A program made the position numbers and the translations under genes. The notes below the pieces were generated by a model. It was not told the origin of the DNA. It did no database searches and saw only the letters and a program-made list of their open reading frames with translations. From contig CM052817.1 in the NCBI GenBank assembly GCA_028534125.1, positions 52,764,001 to 52,828,000 of the forward strand: a DNA stretch of 64,000 nucleotides, given 5' to 3'. Positions 38,225-51,089 of the stretch are shown in pieces (position 1 is the first letter of the stretch; every line of letters begins with the position of its first letter). The stretch comes from Lama glama (Eukaryota).

Positions 38225-38258
38225 CTCCTGTTAGGTTTTGCAGCAGTAGGGAAGGCAC
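38225..38258 (-). pseudogene. Candidate exon (34 nt, phase 1-2): AFPTAAKPNR
   Basis: Acceptor ggattttag|, donor gag|gtatag. Splices in frame to 38012-37983. Confidence 0.5.
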
Positions 38259-40543
38259 CTAAAATCCATGAATTTAGTACTGAATGGCTATCAAGGACTG
38301 TCAGAATATCTTTGTCATAGCAATTTTTTTTCTGAATTGATATTTAATGGCTATAGAACACATGTCATCCAAGGTTGCTGGCAGTGTGAAACAATCACTC
38401 TCTTTTTGGTTCTCACAACTTTGAAAGTATATGACCATCACACAATGAAAAGGGGATCATGAATTTTTGACCAAGTAGGAAGTATTAAAGTGTGAAAGGA
38501 AAAAGGGCACTCAAAATAATTCTCCCTTTTATAAGTTCAGAAAACAACAAAAAATATACATTACTGCCTTCTGTGCAGCAAAATGTACAAAAAATTTACT
38601 TTGAGCTTGTTAAATCTTTAATTATATTAAAATAAAGTTTCAACCATAAAGAATTATAGTAATAGAAGGGTAGCCTGAGGAAACTTCACATGATTTCAAA
38701 TAGTCTTAATATGATCTTTTTTTTTTAATTTTACTTTTTCCTACATTCAGTTTTAGAAGTTGAGAGTTTAGATGATACTGCACTCTGATTATATAGAAAC
38801 TACCAAATTAACATAAGGAGCTACTATTTTCTGCATACTGTTAGGGGTGATTTGAACCTTATGTATTACATAAACTATAGAGAAAACTGACAAAGTTCGC
38901 AGGAGAAAAAATGAATCAGTAGCAAGCTTTATAATTTGATTCTATGGTCAAAGATTATATGAATATGCTTTTGTTTTTGTTTTGAAGTAACTTTGGGCAA
39001 CTGAGAGTGTTACAGGCAAAGCTGATGAATTACACTAAAGGCTAACTTGCTAGACTTAATGCCCAAAATCTTGCCAAAAAGGGGGAAAACGTCTCCCACA
39101 GCCACTGTGCACTGTACTCCATAGTTTGCATTATTGGCTTTTCTGTGCCAAGAGCTTGAATTTGCTTCAAGCACTATTTCCTCCTGCACTGCTGCCACTT
39201 CCCTGTCAGGTATTGACCTATGTTTCTTGCTTTCATAACAACCATTATCAGTCCAAGACTTACAGACTGACAGAACTTATGGAACTTTTTCTAACTCTAC
39301 CTGTTCCCCACCCTTTTTTCTTCTCTTTTGTTCACCAGCTTCTGAGTCAAACCATGGCCTGGATTCTTCTGATTGGAATATCCAAGGCCAGTTGCTTATC
39401 CACTAGCCACAGGGAAGGTAGGAAAATAAGTGTATCAGAGATAGGGAACATTTTCACAGACTAATAAGAAAATTCTTCCAAAACTTAAAGTCTTAAAATC
39501 TAATGAGAAAAAAGAAAATAAAACTTCCTGTCTTAAATAAAGTATCTTTAAAAAGAAGCATACCTTTCTTTTTGTTTTGTGGTTGGTGTTGATATAGGTG
39601 GTGGTGGGGATGATGGCACGTATGTATTTAACTGGTTTTGCTTTCATCTATTTTGTTTTCAATCTGCTGAGGCAAGGCACAGGTTTAAATTACAACGTGA
39701 GGAATTCAGATTTATTATTAGGGAAATATCAAGTTATCAGTATAAGTGTTGAGAAGCTATTCTACTGAGTACTATGGCAATAGCTTCCATCCTACTTTTG
39801 CTAGAAGTGGAGCCACTTGCAGCATAACAAGTATGCTATCTTTGTCCAAGTTGTACCTCATATCTTATTCAACATGAAGTTTTATCCAACCCTAGCTATT
39901 AGTTCAAAACCAGTATTTTTCCTAAAATCCTCGCCAACATTTTGGAGAGCATGAGTTTCATGGTATGCTGTAGAGTCCATTTCTTCAAAATTATGAAGAA
40001 CACATATAATTCTATCCATCAACAATTCTTAAAAATGTCAAGCTTACTGTAAGATCCTGGAGCCCTGATTCTCATTTATCATTAAGTTACCATGTTTCAA
40101 AAAGTACCCTGTAATAGAAAAGAAAAAGAATATACTCTCCGACTCAGCTTTTGATTCCCTTGAACTGACTTAAGATAACAGCTCAGTAGACGTCTGTCGA
40201 GTGAAATCTGACATTTCAGAGAAGACTTAAAACAAACACAAACTGGGATTATTATGAAATGACAAAACTATAAAGCAAGTCTACGTTATCATCCTTTTAT
40301 TTAGCATGAAAGGAAGAATTTTTCCCATCTACAGGCATGCAATTGGCAAAGTAGGATCAAGTACAGGAAAATAATTATTATCTTCTATTTCAGATTCCAT
40401 ACATGATTTAATTTCTGTTTGAGTTAGAATTGTATAAAACATGCATAAGTAAATGAGAAAAAAGACAAATTCTGCTTGTCTCATTTGGTTCTAAATTACA
40501 GTGTTTTATAGCTGAAAATCTAGAGATCAGTTAATAAGCTTAC

Positions 40544-40650
40544 AGACTTGTTGTATTAAATGAGATAATGCATTTGTAAATACATTGTAAACTTTGAAAC
40601 ATTAAAATAAATATTCAGTGCTACTGTTTTCAAAGATTCAAGCAAATGAC
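40544..40650 (-). pseudogene. Candidate exon (107 nt, phase 1-0): HLLESLKTVALNIYFNVSKFTMYLQMHYLI*YNKS
   Basis: Acceptor ttgtttgcttactctag|, donor tct|gtaagc, one TAA. Phase compatible with the 45041-44860 exon. Confidence 0.45.
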
Positions 40651-42569
40651 CTAGAGTAAGCAAACAATATCTAATTAAGAAAAGACACATGCCAGTTTTA
40701 AAACAAAACAGTGTTCCAGCCTGCTTAGTGCTTTTAAGTTTCACAGATTGCTAATTATTTTATAAAATAAATATTATGGACAGGTGGGTTCTCTAGTTAG
40801 TTCTTACACAAATGTTACGAACTCATATTGAACAAAAGAGACTGTTAAACTTACTAGAGCAAAGCAAAACAAAGAATTCCACTTATGCCTACTGCTTGTA
40901 GGTCTTATCTAAAGATGTGACTAATTTATCTTGCCTTAAGGTAAACAACAAAACAGCAGTATCACCAATGAAGTTTCATGCACCATGAAATATGCATACC
41001 TGGACATTCTTAACGTGGAGTTAATGCTGAGAAATATATTGTATTAAATATCCTGTCGTTTTTCAAGATCCCAACAGCAGGGAGAGGGGGACTATTGCCT
41101 ATCAGCCACTTAATTATCTGCAATGTATATGCAGATATTCAGAGTTAGATGAGGTCTTTACATTTCACCTCTAAGCACCACATTAGTAATTCATGAATCC
41201 ACTACTAATGTTTCTGTGGCATTCAGGCAGAATGAAAAATTAAGCAATAATGACTTCAAAGGTGGAAGAACCACAAAATAACTCTGTATCTTTGAGGTCA
41301 TTTTTACCATTTGAACACAAATTATATGAGTGCACTTCATTGGCTTCAGTATTTGCAAAGCATTGCTAATGAACAGGGAGGTTATTTAGGAAATGGAGTG
41401 CAGGAGGTAGATAGAGATAGAACACTGAAGCTTAACAGAATTGATTCCAAATATAAAAAGAAACTCATTTATTGCTTTTAAATGGCCTAATCTGTAAAAT
41501 CTACAGATGAAACATATTTTCAGAAAATCCAGGAAATGAACCAAAGTTGTTCAATCAACAAGATCAACTTTAGGCACTTGCTTTTTGTGACTCCTCCTTT
41601 GCTCAATGGGAACTCAGAAATAATGATATATAAAAGCTTCTTTGTTTTATACAGTAGTTTTTGAAAATGCAGGCATATAAGACAAATTATGCCCTCCTTA
41701 AACTGCTTAAAAGCAATTTTTCTCTAGCTGACTAAATTGTACATTGATACATAGTATCATTGTATTAAAAGTATTGTAATGGTCCAGTAAAGCAAACTGT
41801 CTCAGCCTGAACTGTAAAATTTCGAAATAATAAAAATGATAAGATAAATATTAATTTACAAACTATCCAGTATTTTAAAATTTTTGAAATCATTCTGTAA
41901 AATAGTGAAATGCTAACTGTGAAACTTAATAATAACATTTTGAAAATATTCCAGATTATTTAGTTCAATGGATACCCAACAATCTGATATAGGTTAATCC
42001 TTTTAATAAGGTACATTTTTACTATTTGCTTCATTAGCTAAATTGTGTTGTCTCACATAATAAAATATTCTAAATCAGCAAATATACAATGACTAGAGAC
42101 TAGATACGTTCAATGGATTATAATTATAATTGTCTTCCAAATTATGAATCATAGCTGTAAAATAATAAAAATTCTTAGTAACTAACTTATTTTCCACAAG
42201 ATATCTATTACCATGCCTACCATCAGTAAAACCCAATATAACTCAACTTCCTATGATACAGTCAAATTTAAATCTGATTTAATATGGTTGGGTGATACTT
42301 TAATATGATTAACATAATGAAGTTTCCAAATAAGATTGCCTAAAGCCAACAAAACTCTGAAAATATGTCCTGTAATCATAAAAAGAAAAACGTTTTTCAT
42401 GAATAGTTATCTTTATATAATAGAATATGTATTCAAAAGTGTGTGTATATGCTAAATGTCATTCTCTGCTGCAGATATGACTAAACATTTTATTTCAAGT
42501 TGAAAAAAGTAAATATACAGGTCTATTGCAAGAGTCATGCCATAATCTTTTTTGAGAGATTCTTGTCGA

Positions 42570-43930
42570 CGTGATTCCCCGTTGTCCCTAAACATGATAG
42601 CATGTATTGCCTATAAACAATGACACATTGCCATATTTCCATACTGCAACCATAAAAACCAGAAAATTCTCAGTGGTACATTAATACCATATAATTCTCA
42701 GCCTGTGCTGAAGTTTTAACAGTTATCTCGATAATGTCCTTTATAGCAAAAGGATCCAATCCAGGAACACCCATTTCATTGAGTTTAGTCTCTTTCAATC
42801 TGGTACATATTCTTAGTCTTTGACTTCTGTGTCCATGACATCTTGAACATTTACAGTCCAGGTATTTTATGATTTATTTTTCCATTTGAGTGTATTTGAT
42901 ATTTCCTATGCTTTCAAATTGTATAGTCCTGTCAAGACTATCACAGAAAAACATTCTGCTCTTCTTATTGCACCCCATGAAATAGTAGCTGGTGCAGATT
43001 TGTCCCACTACTTGTAAGATTAACTTTGATCACTTGTAAAAGGTGCTGTTTCTCCCCTGCAGACCTGCAGAGATATCCTTTTTTTTCCTTTCATCACTAA
43101 TAATACTTTATGAGAGGATGCTTTGAGGCAATGTAACTATCATTCCTCATCCAAATATTATATTATCAGTAGCTATGATATTTCTTGCCTGAATTAATAT
43201 AAATATAATGGTGGCAAAATAATTTTCTAATTCTTCATTACTTGAAAATTGTTAGTTGTCATTTTTTCATGGAAAATCCCTCTCTAGCCTGCCCATTTAT
43301 TCGTATCTTCTTTCAGTTTATTTATATCAATAGGGACACATGAATCGGTTTTATTAAATAGGTTATAATCTTTTACTACTAAAATCTACATTGACATTCA
43401 CATTGTCCCAGTTTTAACCAACAGGATCCCTTTTTTTTTGTCTTTTTGACATGTTCCCATTACTCTTTCAGCACTTTCTAACAACAGAATATTCAGCAAA
43501 AAGATATTCTTTCACCACCCCTGAAATCAGCCATTTTTCCAAGGAGCCTTTGGAGTACTTCTCCAAGCAGCATCTTATTCAAGTGATCAGAATTAATATC
43601 AGAAGTAGTTGAACGAAATTGCACTGGGTACTGCCTCATGAGATGCAGTGAGAAAACCAGAACATTCTTCTGTGATATTCCTGCCAAAAATATTTAACTT
43701 GAATCTAATAATGGCATTTGGAAATCAAGATTCAAGTTTTAAGTATGCTCACTCTTATTGGGGTTTGGTGCTTTCGGATTTTGTTTGTGGTCAGGGCTGT
43801 GGGTTGCAAAAATATAAACAGATTTTCACTTCTATATTTTTCTACTTTTCTCTGTATGTACTAAAAACTCTCAAGTACACAGTGACAAACCCAAATTAGT
43901 CTAATAGCACGAGGTTCATTCTAGTGTGTT
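42570..43930 (-). mobile_element. L1MC4/5-like 3' UTR with an internal inverted segment
   Basis: aatgtcctttatagcaaaaggatccaatccagga, ttaactttgatcacttg, cctgaaatcagccatttttccaaggagcc. Confidence 0.75.
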
Positions 43931-44859
43931 CTCCATGTATTATTTAGGATAAGGTATTTTATGTAGAAAAGAAAAAAAGAAAGAGAAAAGGAAAAGGAAA
44001 CACCTGCTTGACCAAAGACCCCCATATATGCTGATTCAGATCTTCAGGCACTTTCTGACTTGATTTTCCATGAAACTGTTGACTCCTTAATTCTATACGC
44101 ATCTAGCAGCCAGCAAATGTACTAGAATAACTTTCATTTACATTGCACTGTCCCAGAACTCTCCCTGTATCTAAGGGGATCCAAGAAATATAGCCCAAAG
44201 CTAACCATTATAAGTGAACAACATATTAACATTATAAAAAGGGGGAGTGCAAACGTTTGTTGAAAATATAATTATGTCAGTTACACCTTAATATGTCTCT
44301 CCTCTGCATGCCTATTTTGATCAACCACAGGTAGACTTTTACCATAGCTTATAGGAATTAAAATAATCCCCAAATGATTTCAGTGCCTTCTCTCTTTTCC
44401 TACCCACTCAATTTCATTCTTCTCTCTTCCAGCAGGTTGATCTAATTCTAAAATTTAACAAATTATTTAACTTTCTGTGCATTCAATGATATCTATTACC
44501 TAAAGCATAAACCTCACTGTCTAAGCATGGTTTATGTGATATATCTACTAACTAGCCTTTGCCTATGTTCTCATTCTCCACTTAAGGCAATTGAAGGCTC
44601 ACATTTTATCATCCAGTGTGTGAACTTTGCAATTCCTCACACACCGCTTGCTATTCCCCTGAATTATTACTAGAGACCCAAGTCAGAGATGATCTACTAT
44701 ATATAGCTTTTCCTTATTCATGTTGATTTGTTTATGCAAAGTGACAGAATGCAATATGTAATTGTATTTTTGGGGTGTTAGAGTATTAAATTTTTAGGAC
44801 CAAGTCATGTGCTAATTAAAATTCTAATAGAATATAATATGAAATTGTACTTCATTTAC

Positions 44860-45041
44860 TATATTGTGCTATTTCAGATATCAATATATTTGATATAAAA
44901 ATTGAAAGAAAAAAGGGCATCTTATTATATGAGACAAAGGAAATGATGGTCAAGTTGTTTGAGCCAATTTTTATGTAACTGTATACAACATTGTCACTGC
45001 ATATGCTAGAACACATTTTGCTCTCTTTATTCCCCATTGAC
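44860..45041 (-). pseudogene. Candidate exon (182 nt, phase 2-1, open): SMGNKESKMCSSICSDNVVYSYIKIGSNNLTIISFVSYNKMPFFLSIFISNILISEIAQY
   Basis: Acceptor catgttgttgcag|, donor ata|gtaaat. Sixty codons without a stop; this is the core of ORF 44852..45145. Confidence 0.55.
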
Positions 45042-46059
45042 CTGCAACAACATGGATCATAAAACATGATTTTTAACTCATTTATCACTGATGCTAACAA
45101 AAGACCTAGATCATAACTAGTATACAAGTTTGTTAAGCTCCTCAAAATGTGGTATGTTTCAAATAAGATATTGTTTTCAGAAATTCATTGGGTAAAATAA
45201 ATTAAGATCTTGATTGGAGCAAGATATTTTTGAGACATGAATATAATAATTATATAAAGCATCTGTTCCACAGATTAAAGTGACAGAATAATAATAAAAA
45301 TAATTTTAACCATTTGACATGCCTATGAGTTCCTGAAGTTTATACCAAACTATCTCTATGATCTCGATTTATGAAATTATAGTTTTGCATTCATGTGAAA
45401 AACCATTCTACTTTAAAATATTTTATTTTATTTTATTACTGTTTTTTGCTGGCTAAGACATGCAGGAAGGAATTGCATTTTTGCACTAAGTTTTAAAATC
45501 TTATTAATTTACCTAGCACTTTCAAAGTGATGCATTGTTTCTTTTAAAAAATATCTCTGGCTTTTATATTTTAATCAGATTTCGATTCTGAAATACTTAT
45601 CATTCTTAATGGGATATTAAAGTCTTCAGGGCTTTTTGTTTTTGTTTTTATTTATGTGAAATTTGGGGGAAAATTTTACTTTACACTCTAATCTATGAAG
45701 CTTGTCATTTGAAATAATTTTGCATTTTCTGAAGACTTTCAAAGTGCATTAACACTTTGATGCCATCATTAAATTTAATAATAATAGCTTAAAAAGGTGA
45801 ATATGTAATATTGTATACTTTATATATATATATATTAAGTAGTATATATGTATACTTTTGATATTTCTTTCAGACATTTTGCTGCAAAATTAATTATACC
45901 TTAATTGGTACTTTTCTAAATAAGAAGACTTTATTCGGGTGCAATCATGTAAGTCAGTGGAATTGTATATGCTGTGCACGTATTTAATACATAATACTCT
46001 ATTTGTTGATTTAATATAAAGGTTAAGTCAGAGATACTAAACAGCAAAGACTCAGCATG

Positions 46060-46200
46060 TGTTTGTTCATTCACTTCTTCATTCATCAAGTAAGTCCTAA
46101 TTGCCTACTGTATATAAAGCACTTTGCTAGAAATGGGGTTTGTGCTTGGCAGTTGAATAGGTTGTTCCTTTCCTCATGTCATGAGAAACAAAATGACACA
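46060..46200 (-). mobile_element. L2 3' end
   Basis: ttcattcatcaagtaagtcctaattgcctactgtatataaagcactttgctag. Confidence 0.55.
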
Positions 46201-46875
46201 TATACAGAAAAAAGTGTATGTTTGAAGAACAGATAATGTCATCAAAATATATATATGATCCTAGTTGTTGATTAATCCCACAAAACTAAAGGGCTGGAGG
46301 ATTATAACTAACTCTCAAACAAAATGATTATGTCTTCTTCCAAAGAGCTTGGAATGTGTATGTAAATGTGTTCTCTCATACTGTCAAAGAAGCAAGGCAA
46401 TAGTGTCTCCAGGCAAAGACTTGATATTTAGGTACATATCTAATTATTATCACTACATATTCTCAAATAGGAGCAAAAATTGTTATGTCAATGAACGTAT
46501 ATAAAACTTATAAAATTTCTAATGCGGAAAAGAAAACCACCTTGTCAAAAAAGATGGAAATAGAGTCAACAACAATTTATCTCGGCTCCATGTTGTTTGC
46601 ATTAAATTGTGCTTAAGTAACTCAGAACAATGGAGCTGAAACTTGTAAATAATAACTAGAAAATTTCTTTTGGAAAGGTGAGTCAAAGATTAAGTTATTG
46701 GAAAGATAAGGGCATTTTCCTTGAATATGTAGAATTTAAAACTCTCTTGGAGTACAGGTGGGAGTCAAGAAGGTAAATTTAGAAGAGTAACGGTTTTTCA
46801 AATTATGGGAACAATGTTTACAAATGAAATGATGAATTAGAATAAAACATTCTTTCAGTGGTTCTGTGTGACAGG

Positions 46876-46901
46876 TGTGTGTGTGTGAGTGTGTGTGTGT
46901 G
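46876..46901. repeat. (TG)n microsatellite
   Basis: TG run with one interruption. Confidence 0.85.
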
Positions 46902-48649
46902 GCGGGGGGAGGCTTTGATATGTCTAGATCAGAGGCCTCACATTTTATTTGTCATTCTGAGGAGTTTGTTCTGTATTTCGTGACTGTGAGTACTCTTTGA
47001 AGGACACATATATTCCGTTGAATAGACATTCTATATTTTCTTCAAGTGGCTATTTTTATTTGATAGATAGGAGATTAAACAGCAATGTAACTTATAAGAC
47101 TTGCTGAAATCCTAAGAATTATTTAACTGGTTTTCTAATTTCAAACCCCTAGTTTAACACAAACAACAACTTCATTTTAGTAATCTTATTCCAACTATAA
47201 TCATAATTTGACTAATCAAATATCTAAGAAACACTTTGGACTACCATCATATTCTAAGCATGTTCAGCTTATTTTTAATTAAACAAATTAGTTAATTTCT
47301 CTTATAGATACGATAAAGGACACAGTTCAATTTCTCAACTCCCCCTAGATATTTTGTATGATAGTAAATCACATAGTAGTCCATATGTTCTCTGTTAAAA
47401 CACTCTTATTCTAATGGTAAAAAAAAAATCTTTTATCTGTCATACTTGTTTCATTGATGTAAACTGTGTGGCCCTGAAGTCATATCCTTCTACCAAAGAT
47501 ACATTGGTACATAGCCCTTAGTCCAGGAGGCACATTCTCCTAAAATAAATACAAGTGAACTCTCTTCCTCTGTTGCTTTTCAACAGTCAGAAACTGACTT
47601 AACATCAAAACAGATGAAGGAAGCGGTTGGTGGTCAAACTGGGAAGGAAGTAGTTTTTTAATTGACTTAATTATTCATACTTTAAAATATCTTCAGGTAA
47701 CTGGCAGTGAGAAATATAATCCTTTATTTGTTAAGGGTGGTGAGAAAATGCACTTTTTTTCCATTTGAAAGTAGAACTCTTTACCGTCTCAGCAATGAAC
47801 TTTTCCCCTAAAGTTTATTTTTACAGAATTACCTAAAGCAATATAAGAGAAAATTCATTTTTAGAATCTCAACCAATTAATCTTTTATAAGTTAGAAACA
47901 TTTGCATATATATCATGGAATGGACAATGATGAGAGTATTTATATAATGGAAATTGAGAAATATTACCACTGAACTTTTGAGTCATTGTTCTGTTGATCG
48001 TTTAAACATAAGGTTGGCAATATTGTCTATTGTAACTAATTAAAACTACCAGCTTGATTACCTAATATTTGAGGTGATAATTTTGTATTTGTTTAGAGAA
48101 ATGTGAATGATCTTCAGTATTGATTTGTGAAGTCTTTAATTACCAGTTTTAAGGCCTTATTAAGATGAAATGGGAAGCTTCCTAATTTTCTATACTGTGT
48201 AACAACTCAAAGAGCACAATGCCTACTTTATCTTTGAAGATTTGAAAGAATTTCTGAAAAACTAATTACCAAGTAAAACACAAGTTGTCTGGTTTCTTTT
48301 TCAGTCTGAAATCAGACTATAAGCTGATTCGTCTATAGCTCATTATAAGCTTAGACTATAAATCATCAACTATTCTAAAAAACATGCTTGCTAAATGTAG
48401 TTCTTCCTAATTTTTCAATTCTGATACAGATGCTCAGATTTTACAAAATTTACATTTATTGAATAAATCAATAAAAGTTTAGAAAATTTGCTCAGATCCA
48501 GTTCAAATAACTTTAATGCTAATAATAACCTATTATAGCTATTAAACTTAGATTTCATAGATTTATATGCTTACTGTATAACCTTCCGAAGTAGATTATT
48601 TTTATGTTTTCAAGACACAAACAAAGGAAAAACTTTTTAGATAACTTAC

Positions 48650-48717
48650 TCAATAAAACTTAAGCTTAGTTGTCAAATATATTTTTGAAAACCATTTGAT
48701 TCTATTGTTTTAATTAT
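48650..48717 (-). pseudogene. Candidate exon (68 nt, phase 0-2): IIKTIESNGFQKYI*QLSLSFI
   Basis: Acceptor tacttag|, donor tga|gtaagt, one stop. Its phase fits the 45041 exon. Confidence 0.3.
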
Positions 48718-50099
48718 CTAAGTACAATTTTTATCTAACATATAATATGTCACAATGAATCAATACGCTCAGAATTTAAGAATCTGTATTTCATTTGCAA
48801 GAGATTCTGACATAACATAGCTTCTTGCCCTTTGGAAAACGCTTGACAAGTTATATCATACGTAACTCCTGTGAGCTGGCAAGCTGTTACCTAATTAAAG
48901 AAAAAACCCAATGTATTCTTTTTTACTGAGATGAAACTCAAAATAAATAAATTCTAACTTTCTTACAGAATTCAGGAAGTTAAATGTTTTTAAAGTCTTT
49001 GCTCACATGGAAAGTACATTTTTTGTTTAATTAAGAATAACTAGATCAATATATATGAATTTTATGTGTTCCAGTTTCAACACATAACGAAACATAAGTT
49101 AGATTTTGTCACTACTCTTATCAAAAGTCCTCAATGGCTTCTGATTTTATTTGGACCAAGTTTAAATCAATGATATTTAAGCTACATCATTATTTTAATC
49201 CAGAAAATTATTAAATATTATTTTGTAGGTAATTCTAATAAGATATAAATGAATATATTTAAGCCTTAAAATAAAAAGGTTAAAGTGCAGTGATTAAGCT
49301 CAACATTTAAAGCAATTCAAGTTCCACTATAAAAGAGAGTATAGACATGACAGTGGTATGTTCCTGTGCTTTTTCTTTTCTTTGTGAGGCTGTCTGTTAC
49401 TTTTATTAGTCAATATTCCAACCATAATTGGGAAGAGTGAGAAAGATCAAAAGAGGGAGAGAGAATAATTCTGTAATTAAAATCTCATTCTAACTAGAGA
49501 CAACGTAATTTTTATATTAGAGCAAGTCACAAAATAAATACACTTTGATGACAACAAGACTAGAGTTCACTTTGCCTAATATGAGTATGATACCTGCTAT
49601 GGTTAGGAAAATATATTTCTCACTACAACTAAAACCTGTAACTACCTGTCTACACATAACGTAGCAAGCTTAGCTCACTAGAATGAAGGTTGAGAATGCA
49701 GATTTTCATAATAAATTTAGATCTGACATGACTAATTTTACACCCACGAAATGTAAATATATTAAAATGAGAAAAATTCAAGTGTGTACAATGCTTTAAA
49801 AATTATAATTTCCAAAGTGAGTAAATGATATTATTGTTTGCATGTCTGATTGAGTCATTCTGTTGTTAAATTTGTTTATAATCATGTTCTGAGAATAAAT
49901 ACATTCTGAGACTTGACCCATGGAATCATAATCAGGGAAACCTTATTACAGCTTTGAGGTTACAGAAAGTAACCTCCAGCTGGCTGAGCAAGCTTACTAA
50001 TCCTGGATGCTGCTGCTTTGTTTCTTAGTTCATTCAGCATTTTTTTTTTCCCTTTGGTTGTTTGTTTTGGTGTGTCTATGCTTTTATTTTTGTTTGTTC

Positions 50100-50885
50100 T
50101 GGTTTATTTTATAATAGGAAATTTTTCTTCAAACTGTGATATATGGACAGAAAACTGCCAGAAACATACACACACACACACACAGTTTAAAGAAAATCAT
50201 GAACCACAAACCACTGTAATCATACATATGCCAAAGGATAGCATATTTACATGACCCCAAAGGCCACATGTTTATCTTCACTGATCAAAAACTTCTCCCT
50301 CCATTCTTGGTGCAACCATTATCCAACATTCTGTGATTAGCATTTTATTTATTTTCTTTATACTTTTGCCCCCTATATAAGTATATCTAAAAATCAAAAC
50401 ATTTTGTTTTCTGTTTTAAGAATTTATATAAATGGATTCATGATATCAACGTTTCTTTGTGTCCCTGCATCTTTTTGCTTAATATTAGGTTTTTGTGATC
50501 CACCTTTCTTATTACTGGTATCTACAGTTTAATATTTTTATTATTGTATGGTTTGTGTTAATATACCACAATTATTTGCTCATCCATCCTTTTCCTGGTA
50601 GATATTTAGATTGTGTGTAGTTTTTAAATACATACAATTGTAAATGAAAAAAATGCTACTCTGCACATTTTTGTACATGTCTGATGTGAATAGGTGCAGG
50701 CATTTTTCTAGGGTATTTAATCAGGAATAAAGTTGCTGAGTCAAAATTATATATCTTTCCAAATTTTCTATATAATTTGTTTATGCTCCAATTGTCTATA
50801 TATGAAAGTTTCTTTGCTTAGAATACTCCCCAACCAACACTTAGTAATATCAAATAATTTGTAATGGCATATTGTGATTTAACTT
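50100..50885 (-). mobile_element. L1ME-type 3' region
   Basis: atttatataaatggattcat, aatataccacaattattt, aatgctactctgcacatttttgtacatgtc. Confidence 0.7.
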
Positions 50886-51089
50886 GATTATATTCCAAAA
50901 ATAATGAACTAAATTTATTTTTAATTAATATTTTAAAATATAATAAGAATGAGTCATTTAATCAGTGATGATACAATCAGAAAAGCAAACGATGCTCTAA
51001 GTAGAATGTAGAAAGAAATTTATCATAAGGAATTAAAAATAACAAAACTTTTGGTAAATCAAGTGAAGCTTAAATCACAAAAAGATGTT

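Larger units (their letters stand above)
255..48717 (-). pseudogene. Candidate large multi-exon unprocessed (pseudo)gene of unknown identity; extent approximate
   Basis: At least 15 minus-strand segments are bounded by polypyrimidine/AG acceptors and GT donors, and all lie in non-repeat sequence. Two chains are phase-compatible. Three exons of 104-182 nt are fully open in AT-rich DNA, while others contain in-frame stops. Confidence 0.6.

Noticed and set aside
40809..41026. Two small minus-strand exon candidates (46 nt and 27 nt)
   Set aside because: Splice sites look good, but I could not join them in phase with each other and the 40650 exon without stops.
41074..41095. CTCF-like motif cagcagggagagggggacta
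   Set aside because: Too many mismatches to the core consensus to call from sequence alone.
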